This document shows, in pieces, positions 21,746 through 29,259 of a DNA stretch of 64,000 nucleotides. Made by a program: the position numbers and the translations under genes. The notes under the pieces are model-generated. The model was not told the DNA's origin, did not search any database, and saw nothing but the letters and a program-made list of their open reading frames with translations. Numbering within the stretch: position 1 is the first letter of the stretch; each line of letters begins with the position of its first letter. Source of the stretch: Emticicia sp. C21 (GTDB lineage Bacteria; Bacteroidota; Bacteroidia; Cytophagales; Spirosomataceae); the NCBI RefSeq assembly GCF_003418935.1, contig NZ_QVMT01000014.1, positions 27,143-91,142 on the forward strand, written 5' to 3'.

Positions 21746-22139
21746 TCGTTAAAGTAGCTTTATAGCTGCGATAGAAATGGGGTTTTTCTATGCTTTAAAA
21801 AAGCTTAGGGAAACCCTTTTTTTATAGTTGATAGACGTATTATGAGTGTTTTTGAATATTAGAAAAATACAATTCTGTTTTACTTGTTTTTTTGATTCTC
21901 TGGCAGTTAAATCTAACTGTTCTTTTGGTAGAAAAATAACCATAGCAAAATGGTAAAATCTGGAAACATAATGTAAGCAAATTGTTAAGTCTTTTCGAAT
22001 TCTAAAATTATTTAGTAGTAGGGATATATATGCTTTTAAGATTATTTTAAGAAATTTTAATTCTTAAAATACTTATTATCAATGATTTAAAAAATATTTT
22101 AAAAAAAGTTGAAAAAATATTTGGAAAGTTAAAAATAAA

Positions 22140-22326
22140 ATCCGCTATCTTTGCAGCATCAAAAACAAGAGAACAATGTACCAATCAGAAAAACACATAG
22201 CACCGATTAATAGCACAGACATGCTATCGTTTGCGAGAGGGAATTGTTGGGCTTTATGTAAATTGAGGTAGAAGTTTTACACCAAAATATACAAAGCCCG
22301 GCCTTCAAAGAAAGTCGGGCTTTTTT
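22140..22326 (+). ncRNA. candidate small transcript (sRNA or 31-aa micro-ORF) with a -7 box and intrinsic terminator
   Basis: TAtcTTTG -7 box at 22147-22154. A short ORF follows (MYQSEKHIAPINSTDMLSFARGNCWALCKLR), then hairpin AGCCCG...CGGGCT plus T6 at 22294-22326. Confidence 0.3.
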
Positions 22327-22474
22327 AATGCAAAAAGCCGCCAGTAAATCAATTGTAGAACCAAAATTTTAAAGTAATAATTTTTCAATGTTCATCAGAA
22401 ATACATATCAACATCAAAGTATTTCCCTAAGTCCGAAACGATTTAAGGTGACCTTCCTATGCCGGATTGAAAAT

Positions 22475-22624
22475 TTAGGCGGAGCGTCATTTGTCAATTG
22501 GACAGGAGAACCGGATATGGGGAAACGGCCGAGGTATAAGTATTTATGCACATAGATTGTTCTGTTTAGAACGCTCCGCATAAAGCCCGACCTCAGCTAC
22601 AAACGAGGTCGGGCTTTTTGTTTT
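22475..22624 (+). ncRNA. candidate structured small RNA ending in a strong intrinsic terminator
   Basis: A 9-bp long-range inverted repeat (GCGGAGCGT...ACGCTCCGC) encloses about 85 nt. It is followed by an 11-bp-stem terminator (AGCCCGACCTC/GAGGTCGGGCT) plus a T run. There is no ORF over 60 aa in the 21746-22662 stretch. Confidence 0.35.
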
Positions 22625-22662
22625 AGCCCGATTGATTTCAAACAATTCAAATTGAAACGATT

Positions 22663-23961
22663 ATGGGCAAGCATATATCAAAACTTGAACGCCAGAAAAA
22701 TTTACAAGAAAAGCAGGCGCTCGAACAACAAATCAAAATAGCGCTTGAAAAAGCAGCTAAAATCAACGAGAGTTTTGTGGCAATTATCAATGAAGCTCTT
22801 GACCCAAGTCGAACAGACAATTATTGGAGTAATGCAAGATTTCGTTTTTTTATGGAATTTCTGGGTTATAACCAGAAGAGAAACAAGAAAGAAGTTTTTA
22901 AAAAATGGATTGAAAATTTAGTTTTTCTGACCGAAAAACTGGAGAGCAAAAATCCAAAGTGGTTTAAAGATACCTATTTTTTAGGTGCATTAATTCAGAT
23001 TTCCAAATACAGAAGTTTATGGATTCGTCCACTGGAGGAATGGAAACCAAAAACCAAAAGCGAGCACGAAAGATTTAAGGAATTAGTGGCTTTTTTATTT
23101 GCAGAATATCCTTTTCCAGCTTTTTTGAATTATATATTTTTTTATCAGGAAGATTTTTTCTTTATCCGTGATTTTATCTTTCTGGCACAAGGTGGTAGTA
23201 TCAAACATATGAATTCAAGCATTCCTCTAAGCCAAAAGATGAAAGTTGAATTTATGAGAAGCCCTGAAGGGTTTAGAGTATTTGAGGCTTTCAGACATGC
23301 ACAGGTATTGAGTTTGGGAGGAGATGAATTATTAGCTCATCGAATTGCCTACTCGTGGTTAGGTCGAAAAGAAAAGAGGGATGAACCCTTTTGGGAAAAA
23401 TTCATTCAAATCCTAATTGCAGGTGGAATGTTTAATTATGATAAAATTGGTGAATTAATAGACTATGTTCGCCATGAAATCAATGAAAATAAAGCCTATA
23501 CGCTAAAGGGCAGAACTTTAAACTCGCTTATCCGTCAGAGTGAGTTGTGGCATGAAGGCCTGACTTTCACCAAGGAACAAAGGATGGAAAAATTCGCAGT
23601 ATGGAAACCTCTATTTTCTGAATCTTTTGAGGTGATAGAGGGAGTTGGAGAAAAAGCCAATCAGTACAAAATGGTTGAGCTATTATCTAATAAAGAGTTG
23701 ATGGACGAAGGTAATAAAATGCATCATTGCGTTGCTACTTACAGCTCTTATTGCTCAAAAGGAAGAACCAGAATTGTATCATTACGAAAATACCAGTGTG
23801 GATTTGAAATGGAAAGACAGGCCACTATAGAAGTAAATCTGGCAAGTGGGAGAGTGGTGCAGGCAAAATATCGCTACAATAAGCCAATTAGCGAAAAAGC
23901 ACAGAGTTTATTAACCCAATGGGTTGATGCTCAAGGATTTAGAATAGATAAGTATTTATAA
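22663..23961 (+). CDS. PcfJ-like domain protein
   Basis: 432 aa. The C-terminal region (LMDEGNKMHHCVATYSSYCSKGRTRIVSLR) resembles the conserved EG..M.HCV..Y core of the PcfJ-like family, as I recall it. Assigned from memory of the motif only. Confidence 0.45.
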   Translation: MGKHISKLERQKNLQEKQALEQQIKIALEKAAKINESFVAIINEALDPSRTDNYWSNARFRFFMEFLGYNQKRNKKEVFKKWIENLVFLTEKLESKNPKWFKDTYFLGALIQISKYRSLWIRPLEEWKPKTKSEHERFKELVAFLFAEYPFPAFLNYIFFYQEDFFFIRDFIFLAQGGSIKHMNSSIPLSQKMKVEFMRSPEGFRVFEAFRHAQVLSLGGDELLAHRIAYSWLGRKEKRDEPFWEKFIQILIAGGMFNYDKIGELIDYVRHEINENKAYTLKGRTLNSLIRQSELWHEGLTFTKEQRMEKFAVWKPLFSESFEVIEGVGEKANQYKMVELLSNKELMDEGNKMHHCVATYSSYCSKGRTRIVSLRKYQCGFEMERQATIEVNLASGRVVQAKYRYNKPISEKAQSLLTQWVDAQGFRIDKYL

Positions 23962-23979
23962 GATTATTAAAATAAAACA

Positions 23980-24996
23980 ATGAGAAAATTAGCGAGTATT
24001 CAAAGAATTATCGCACTGGAGCCAATTGAGGGTGCCGATAATATCTTGAAAGCTAAAGTTCTGGGTTGGGAGCTTGTGACTAAAAAAGATGAATTTGCTG
24101 TAGGAGATTTGTGTATCTATTGCGAGGTCGACAGTTTGCTCCCGGATAAGCCAGAATTTGAGTTTTTGAAGTCAAAAAGTTTTCGTATCAAAACTATCAG
24201 GCTTCGTGGGCAAATCTCACAAGGAATTTGTTTCCCTTTGAGTTTCCTACCAGAAAATTTTGAAATCGAAGAGGGAGCAGATTGTACAGACGTATTGGGT
24301 ATTATCAAATATGAACCACAAATCCCTGCGAATCTGGTTGGTATAATGAAAGGAGGTTTTCCTTCATTTATTCCTAAAACTGATGAAACCAGGGTACAGA
24401 TTTTACAAAATGTATTGGCAAAATATAAGGGTGAAGCCTGCTATATTGCCGAAAAACTGGATGGTAGCTCAGCAACTTATTATATCAGAGATGGTGTATT
24501 CGGGGTATGTTCAAGGAATCTTGAAATTGAAGAGGACAACGAAAATACCTACTGGAAAGTGGCCAAAGTATTGAATATTGAGGAAAAGCTGAGGTCTTTG
24601 AATGGTAATTATGCTTTGCAGGGCGAGCTGGTAGGGGAGGGTGTTCAGTACAATAAGATGAAAATGAAGGGAAATACTGTATTCTTTTTCAACCTTTTTA
24701 AGATTGATACTTTTGAGTACGTTTCTTATGCCGATTTTATGCAACTGATGAAAGCACTGGAATTGCCAACTGTACCAGTATTGAATGATAACTTTATCTT
24801 GCCGAACAGCATTACCGACTTGGTGGAGATGTCAAAGATTAAGTCAACCATTCAACCGGCAATGTGGGCTGAGGGTATCGTCATCAGGCTTCTGAATGAG
24901 AAACTGGATAAAACTCTTTTGAGAGATTTGGGCGGACACGGACGGATTTCATTTAAGGTAATTAATCCGGAATTTTTGTTGAAATTTAACGAATAA
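23980..24996 (+). CDS. ATP-dependent RNA ligase, DRB0094/DraRnl-like (Rnl5-type)
   Basis: 338 aa. The N-terminal segment (KLASIQRIIALEPIEGADNILKAKVLGWELVTKK.EFAVGDL) matches the DraRnl N-terminal OB-like module. A KxDG adenylation motif follows (AEKLDGSS). Confidence 0.65.
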   Translation: MRKLASIQRIIALEPIEGADNILKAKVLGWELVTKKDEFAVGDLCIYCEVDSLLPDKPEFEFLKSKSFRIKTIRLRGQISQGICFPLSFLPENFEIEEGADCTDVLGIIKYEPQIPANLVGIMKGGFPSFIPKTDETRVQILQNVLAKYKGEACYIAEKLDGSSATYYIRDGVFGVCSRNLEIEEDNENTYWKVAKVLNIEEKLRSLNGNYALQGELVGEGVQYNKMKMKGNTVFFFNLFKIDTFEYVSYADFMQLMKALELPTVPVLNDNFILPNSITDLVEMSKIKSTIQPAMWAEGIVIRLLNEKLDKTLLRDLGGHGRISFKVINPEFLLKFNE

Positions 24997-25015
24997 CCAT
25001 TTTAATATTACCCAT

Positions 25016-25684
25016 ATGAACTATCAGATTATCAGGGACGAAAAGCTTTTTCTCAACTTTATTGACTGGTTGCCGGAGCTTAAAAGAAATGAGACCTATT
25101 ATGTATCATTATTGGCTCGCAGCAAGTATCATCAGGCAGTAGGAAGCGATAAAGCTCAGGTAAAGCGATTCACAGCTACCAAAGATTTTCTCTTTGATAA
25201 GGTGAAACAACTGGAATGTGAATTGGGTACGTATAAATATAAGGGTGTAGGTATTCCGCAAGAGGCTTTGGCACTATATATCAGCCTGAATCCACGTGAT
25301 ATGGAGAAGGCCTGCAAGAGCGCTTTAATACGATTTGCTGAACTGATTACCAAAGAATATAACGGGTATAACCCACATCAGGAAGTATTATCAGAGATAC
25401 AGAAGTCGTGTACCAGGAAGGTATATTTTGACCTTGATTTCGATAAAGTAGATATTACAGAAACTTTAACAGAGATTAAGAACTATATCAACGAAGATTG
25501 TCTGACAGTATTGAGAACCCGGGGTGGCTTTCATTTATTGGTTGAATTATCCAGAATTGAAAAGCAATACACCAAAACCTGGCATCAATCGCTAGCTAAA
25601 ATAGAAGGTTGTGATGTGAAAGGAGATAATCTGATACCTTTGCCAGGATGCACACAAGGTGATTTTACACCACATTTTATGTAG
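25016..25684 (+). CDS. hypothetical protein (RNA-repair island)
   Basis: 222 aa with no P-loop or 2H motifs. Immediately follows the RNA ligase on the same strand. Confidence 0.45.
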   Translation: MNYQIIRDEKLFLNFIDWLPELKRNETYYVSLLARSKYHQAVGSDKAQVKRFTATKDFLFDKVKQLECELGTYKYKGVGIPQEALALYISLNPRDMEKACKSALIRFAELITKEYNGYNPHQEVLSEIQKSCTRKVYFDLDFDKVDITETLTEIKNYINEDCLTVLRTRGGFHLLVELSRIEKQYTKTWHQSLAKIEGCDVKGDNLIPLPGCTQGDFTPHFM

Positions 25685-25689
25685 CAGTT

Positions 25690-26335
25690 CTATTAAATCA
25701 ACACAATACGCATGGAGAATTGCAGGAGTTGCTTGATGCTCCTGCTCCATGCAAACAACAAAAAGATAGCCTGAATGGACGAGGAGCTTGTCTTGAAAGC
25801 AAGTAATATTGAAAGGTGTTATAGGTTCGATTCCTATTGCCTCCGCAAAAATTAATAAGTAATACCGAGAGGTTTTTGGGCGGTCGCCGCGCGATTCGAT
25901 TCCTATTGCCTCTGCAAAATTAAATGAGCATGTACTCCAATCGGAAGAGAGAGCTGTCTCAGAAGCAGTTTAGTATTGGTTCGAATCCAATCATGCTTAC
26001 TAAATTCTAGCTTTTATAGCTGAATTTGTAAAAAAATAGGGAAAATAGTCCGTAAGTGGAAGCGGGGCGGTCTGTAAAACCGTTGCATTGTGCCTTGCAT
26101 GCGGCCGCCGCGCGGTTCGATTCATGCTTTTCCCACTATGGAGTTGATGAATCAGGGTAATTGCAATATTGCCGCAATTACCCTAGCTGCGACAGATTAT
26201 GCAGTTTGATTCATAATTTTTCAGTAAAAATAATAGAGAGTAAATCCTGCTGGGCAGGGCACTGCCTGCTACGCAGTTGGTTCATACATGAATGAAGTTC
26301 GAGTCTTCTGCTCTCTGCTGAGTGATGATTGTATT
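25690..26335 (+). ncRNA. cluster of degenerate tRNA-like / Y-RNA-like fragments (T-arm-containing remnants and stable hairpins)
   Basis: T-arm motifs: ATAGG-TTCGATT-CCTAT (25818-25834), a degenerate copy (~25893), ATTGG-TTCGAAT-CCAAT (~25975), GTTCGATTC (~26115) and GAAG-TTCGAGT-CTTC (~26296). A 14-bp interrupted hairpin lies at 25711-25753. A Tyr-like unit has a GGGAAAA/TTTTCCC acceptor. None of these folds as a full canonical tRNA. Confidence 0.4.
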
Positions 26336-26337
26336 AT

Positions 26338-26410
26338 GGAAAAATAGCCGAGTTGGTCAAGGCGTTAGTCTGAAACACTAAAGATGTAAGTTCGAATCTT
26401 ACTTTTTCCA
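26338..26410 (+). tRNA. tRNA-Phe-like (anticodon GAA), atypical all-A/T acceptor stem, CCA encoded
   Basis: Folds as GGAAAAA-TA-GCC(G)...D-loop GG...anticodon stem TTAGT/ACTAA, loop CTGAAAC, T-arm GTAAG-TTCGAAT-CTTAC, acceptor 3' TTTTTCC, then A and CCA. The D-stem has only 3 bp. Confidence 0.5.
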
Positions 26411-26505
26411 CCAAAAATTATGAGAAAGTATATAAAATGCTCTGGTTTGAAACGCAAACAACATAAACAGAGCACCATTTAATAAATGTTTTGCTGACTA
26501 AAAAA

Positions 26506-26576
26506 TACTGGATCGTTTAGAGGAAAGATATAACGATACGAACGTTAAGACCAAGGTTCGACTCCTTGTCCGGTAA
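26506..26576 (+). ncRNA. tRNA-like element (Arg-type ACG anticodon arm, irregular D-arm)
   Basis: Acceptor TACTGGA/TCCGGTA; perfect anticodon arm TAACG-ATACGAA-CGTTA; perfect T-arm CAAGG-TTCGACT-CCTTG. The D region does not form a canonical stem. Confidence 0.4.
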
Positions 26577-26622
26577 CAAATAAGTAAAAAGCTATTATAT
26601 TGATTGTTTAAATAAACGTAAA

Positions 26623-27129
26623 ATGATACTTGCAGTAGATGTTTTTTATAAACAGAGTAGCGCTAAAATAGTAGGATTGATTTTTAATGATTGGAATGAT
26701 GCCAAATATGCCCAGAAAATTGAAAAGTTTAGAAACGATATAGCCGATTATGAGCCAGGGGCATTCTATAAACGAGAGTTGCCATGTATTATGGATATTC
26801 TCACAGACCTGGATCTGACACAACTGAAGTATATAATAGTAGATGGCTATGTATTTCTGGATGATGATGGGAAACCTGGACTAGGGGCGCATTTATATGA
26901 AGCACTACCAATAAAGGTTCCGATAATAGGTGTAGCTAAGACTTCTTTTGCCAACAATAAAAAGTACGTGGCGGAGGTATTTAGGGGCATAAGCCAGAAA
27001 CCATTGTTTATTACTGCCATAGGAGAGGATTTAACAAATGCTGCCGCTATGGTACACAGCATGTCTGGAGAATATCGCTTTCCGACTATGCTAAAAGAGC
27101 TGGACGACTTCACAAAAGTGATACGGTAG
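26623..27129 (+). CDS. nfi: endonuclease V-like protein (divergent)
   Basis: 168 aa. Conserved EndoV blocks are present with E. coli-like spacing: A-VDV (catalytic Asp), YEPGAFYKRE (the FRE block), IVDGYV (the VDG block), and PIIGVAKTSF (the GVAK block). The His-Pro-Arg block after the VDG motif is replaced. Confidence 0.55.
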   Translation: MILAVDVFYKQSSAKIVGLIFNDWNDAKYAQKIEKFRNDIADYEPGAFYKRELPCIMDILTDLDLTQLKYIIVDGYVFLDDDGKPGLGAHLYEALPIKVPIIGVAKTSFANNKKYVAEVFRGISQKPLFITAIGEDLTNAAAMVHSMSGEYRFPTMLKELDDFTKVIR

Positions 27130-27302
27130 TAACAGAATAAAAGTTTTTGGAAAATATTTTCAGTTGCAAATATTTGACTATCAGATGTTTGTCGTAATGC
27201 TAAGAGAATATTTTTTACTACGCAAAAAGACTGCGTAGGTGGTGTGAACTTTTGTAGCATCAAATTGATAATTAAGTTCTTTAATAATGATAAAAAGAAG
27301 TG

Positions 27303-27440
27303 CCGTAGAACAGAGTTACTTCGCTTTAGGAGCCGTGTGTCATTGGTTCGAATCCAATCTGCCTGACTAAATAAGTCATTCAGGCAGTAGCTCAGTCCGG
27401 TAGAGCAACGTAAAAGGCTCTTTTCGCTCTTTGCCTTCTT
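27303..27440 (+). ncRNA. circularly permuted tRNA-like module 1 (candidate YrlA-type Y RNA)
   Basis: Order along the strand: T-arm ATTGG-TTCGAAT-CCAAT (27342-27358); closed acceptor hairpin CTGCCTGA-13nt-TCAGGCAG (27359-27387); TA; D-arm GCTC-AGTCCGGTA-GAGC (27390-27406). The flanking helix GGAGCC (27329-34) / GGCTCT (27416-21) covaries with module 2. Confidence 0.45.
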
Positions 27441-27445
27441 TAAAA

Positions 27446-27521
27446 TCTGGGTGTTATGCAAATGGTTATACAACGGTGTTTTGGAGACATCGGTTCGCTG
27501 GTTCGAATCCAGCTACCCAGA
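27446..27521 (+). ncRNA. tRNA-like element (Pro-type TGG anticodon loop, irregular core)
   Basis: 7-bp acceptor TCTGGGT/ACCCAGA; D-arm TATG-CAAATGGT-TATA; anticodon arm GGTGT-TTTGGAG-ACATC; T-arm GCTGG-TTCGAAT-CCAGC. There are 4 extra nt between the D and anticodon stems. Confidence 0.4.
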
Positions 27522-27693
27522 CTATCAAGTGTCGTAGAGAAGTCATACCTCGTTCCAAGGGTTGAGATATAGGTAGTTACCGCAAGATACAAGTCCTATC
27601 TGCAAAGAATTGCAGTGGTCGATATTAAGACGCAACCGTGCTCATGAAAGATGAGCCCATAGCAGACTGCTCGCTTGTTACCTTGATTATTTC

Positions 27694-27783
27694 GCTCGGT
27701 TGGGCAAATTGGTTAAGCCGCCACTCTTTCACAGTGGAGATTACGGGTTCAACCGCGGTGGCGGACCACCCCCGTACCGAGTA
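27694..27783 (+). pseudogene. tRNA-Glu-like (TTC) element with a 16-nt hairpin insertion in the T-loop
   Basis: Acceptor GCTCGGT/ACCGAGT; 3-bp D-stem GGC/GCC; perfect anticodon arm CCACT-CTTTCAC-AGTGG; T-stem ACGGG/CCCGT enclosing a 23-nt loop that contains hairpin CCGC-GGTG-GCGG. Confidence 0.4.
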
Positions 27784-27814
27784 CATGAAGTTTTAAAATT
27801 TAACAGTTAATGCA

Positions 27815-28129
27815 ATGAAAAATGATGTTATCAGATATTTCTTGGTAAACTCTGAAGAGACCGGAAGACATATTGTCACTTCTTTCCGCACAGGCAGAAA
27901 ATATTATATTGAGCCTATCGGTAATGGAAGAATGGCAGATTGGGGAAGTTATAATCCAGGTACGGGTAATATAGAAAATAAGAAAGGAGCAGGAAAGCAC
28001 ACAGGCTCTGTTATGGCCGAAGATTCTGTAATTACACCAGAAAACGGATTCGTGAATATTCATTTGATTGAAAGCGGAAGTCCTTATTCAATCATTGATG
28101 AAATGGATGCAAAACATCCGAGTATATAA
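27815..28129 (+). CDS. hypothetical protein (within tRNA-like array)
   Basis: 104-aa ORF between tRNA-like modules with no recognisable motif. Whether it is really coding is uncertain. Confidence 0.3.
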   Translation: MKNDVIRYFLVNSEETGRHIVTSFRTGRKYYIEPIGNGRMADWGSYNPGTGNIENKKGAGKHTGSVMAEDSVITPENGFVNIHLIESGSPYSIIDEMDAKHPSI

Positions 28130-28142
28130 ATTAAAAATAAGC

Positions 28143-28275
28143 AAGTGTCGTAGACAAGAGATACTTCGCATTGATAACGCAGAGGTCGCACGTTCGAGTC
28201 GTGCATAGATTTCGGTCTATTAGCTCAGGTGGTTAGAGCACTTAAAAGCCTCTTTTCGCTATTTACCTTGCTTAT
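28143..28275 (+). ncRNA. circularly permuted tRNA-like module 2 (candidate YrlA-type Y RNA)
   Basis: T-arm GCACG-TTCGAGT-CGTGC (28188-28204); acceptor hairpin ATAGAT-TTCG-GTCTAT (28205-28220); TA; D-arm GCTC-AGGTGGTTA-GAGC (28223-28239). Flanking helix AGAGGT (28181-86) / GCCTCT (28248-53). Confidence 0.45.
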
Positions 28276-28284
28276 TTTTAAAAT

Positions 28285-28357
28285 GTTGCGATTAGTGTAG
28301 TGGTTTACACGAGGGCTTGTGGAGCCGTTAAGATGAGTTCGAATCTCATATCGCAAC
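28285..28357 (+). tRNA. tRNA-His (anticodon GTG) with encoded G-1 and C73
   Basis: G-1 at 28285; acceptor TTGCGAT/ATCGCAA; D-arm GTGT-AGTGGTTT-ACAC; anticodon loop TTGTGGA; T-arm ATGAG-TTCGAAT-CTCAT; discriminator C. There is one G-G mismatch in the anticodon stem. Confidence 0.7.
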
Positions 28358-28549
28358 CAATCAAATGCCATTGAATGGCTTTGGTTAATTACCCGATTAG
28401 GCAAATGCTGTGACTAAGCTGTGACTAATGCCTAATCAGGGTACAATGAGGTGCCGTAAAAAAGTGATACTTCGCTTGGTGACCAGAAGAAATTCTGGAA
28501 GGTTCGAATCCTTAAACACACTTTTTGCTTTTTGCCCTCATTTTAAGAT

Positions 28550-28622
28550 TACCTCATAGCTCAGTCGGTAGAGCAGCACCCTGTTAAGGTGATGGCCGTT
28601 GGTTCAACCCCAATTGAGGTAG
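28550..28622 (+). tRNA. tRNA-Asn (anticodon GTT)
   Basis: Acceptor TACCTCA/TGAGGTA; TA-GCTC-AGTCGGTA-GAGC; anticodon loop CTGTTAA; T-arm GTTGG-TTCAACC-CCAAT; discriminator G. Confidence 0.8.
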
Positions 28623-28649
28623 CATTTTTAGTCAATGCTGTGATTATAC

Positions 28650-28722
28650 AATCGGATCGTCTAATTGGTAAAGACATCGGGATTTGGCCCCGAAGATTGA
28701 GGTTCAAGTCCTTATCTGATTA
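28650..28722 (+). tRNA. tRNA-Gln (anticodon TTG)
   Basis: Acceptor AATCGGA/TCTGATT; D-arm GTCT-AATTGGTAA-AGAC; anticodon arm TCGGG-ATTTGGC-CCCGA; T-arm TGAGG-TTCAAGT-CCTTA. Confidence 0.8.
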
Positions 28723-28739
28723 CTGAATAGTTTATTTAT

Positions 28740-28813
28740 TACTTTGTAACTCAGTTGGTTAGAGTACCATCCTTTTAAGATGGGAGTCGTCAGTTCGAGC
28801 CTGACCAGAGTAA
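28740..28813 (+). tRNA. tRNA-Lys (anticodon TTT)
   Basis: Acceptor TACTTTG/CAGAGTA; TA-ACTC-AGTTGGTTA-GAGT; anticodon arm CCATC-CTTTTAA-GATGG; T-arm GTCAG-TTCGAGC-CTGAC. Confidence 0.8.
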
Positions 28814-28886
28814 CATCAGGTGCCGTGGATAAGGGTTACTTCGTCTCTAAAACTCTGTTGACTCTTATCGCTTATTGCCCTGAAAT

Positions 28887-28958
28887 GGTCTGATAACTCA
28901 GTGGTAGAGTTGTTTTCTGATACGAAACAGGTCGAAGGTTCGAATCCTTCTCAGACTA
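28887..28958 (+). tRNA. tRNA-Ile (anticodon GAT)
   Basis: Acceptor GGTCTGA/TCAGACT; TA-ACTC-AGTGGTA-GAGT; anticodon arm GTTTT-CTGATAC-GAAAC; T-arm GAAGG-TTCGAAT-CCTTC. Confidence 0.8.
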
Positions 28959-28978
28959 CAATGATTATTTGTTTTTAC

Positions 28979-29051
28979 TACTCTGTAGCTCAGTTGGAAG
29001 AGCGTCATCCTTCTAAGATGAGGGTAATTGGTTCGAATCCAATCAGGGTAA
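28979..29051 (+). tRNA. tRNA-Arg (anticodon TCT)
   Basis: Acceptor TACTCTG/CAGGGTA; TA-GCTC-AGTTGGAA-GAGC; anticodon arm TCATC-CTTCTAA-GATGA; T-arm ATTGG-TTCGAAT-CCAAT. Confidence 0.8.
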
Positions 29052-29187
29052 CATCAAGTGCCGTAGAGAAGAGTTACTTCGTCCGCTAATAGGGGAGGAA
29101 TAGCGAAGTTGTAAAATCAGCAAGACTATCCAGTTCGATTCTGGCTTTGACATGCCCCGTCACTCTTTTCGATTTTTGCCTTGAATT

Positions 29188-29259
29188 GGTTTGATAGCTC
29201 AATGGTAGAGCGGTTCTCTCATAAGGAACAGGCCGATAGTTCGATTCTATCTCAGACTA
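29188..29259 (+). tRNA. tRNA-Met/fMet-type (anticodon CAT)
   Basis: Acceptor GGTTTGA/TCAGACT; TA-GCTC-AATGGTA-GAGC; anticodon arm GTTCT-CTCATAA-GGAAC; T-arm GATAG-TTCGATT-CTATC. Could alternatively be the lysidine-modified Ile2 type. Confidence 0.75.

Noticed and set aside
26847-27473. 208-aa minus-strand ORF
   Set aside because: It is antisense to the EndoV-like gene and runs through tRNA-like module 1, so it is a spurious reading frame.
27800-28063. 87-aa minus-strand ORF
   Set aside because: It is antisense to the 27815..28129 ORF and has no support.
28901-29089. 62-aa ORF on + strand
   Set aside because: It is entirely made of tRNA-Ile and tRNA-Arg(TCT) sequence.
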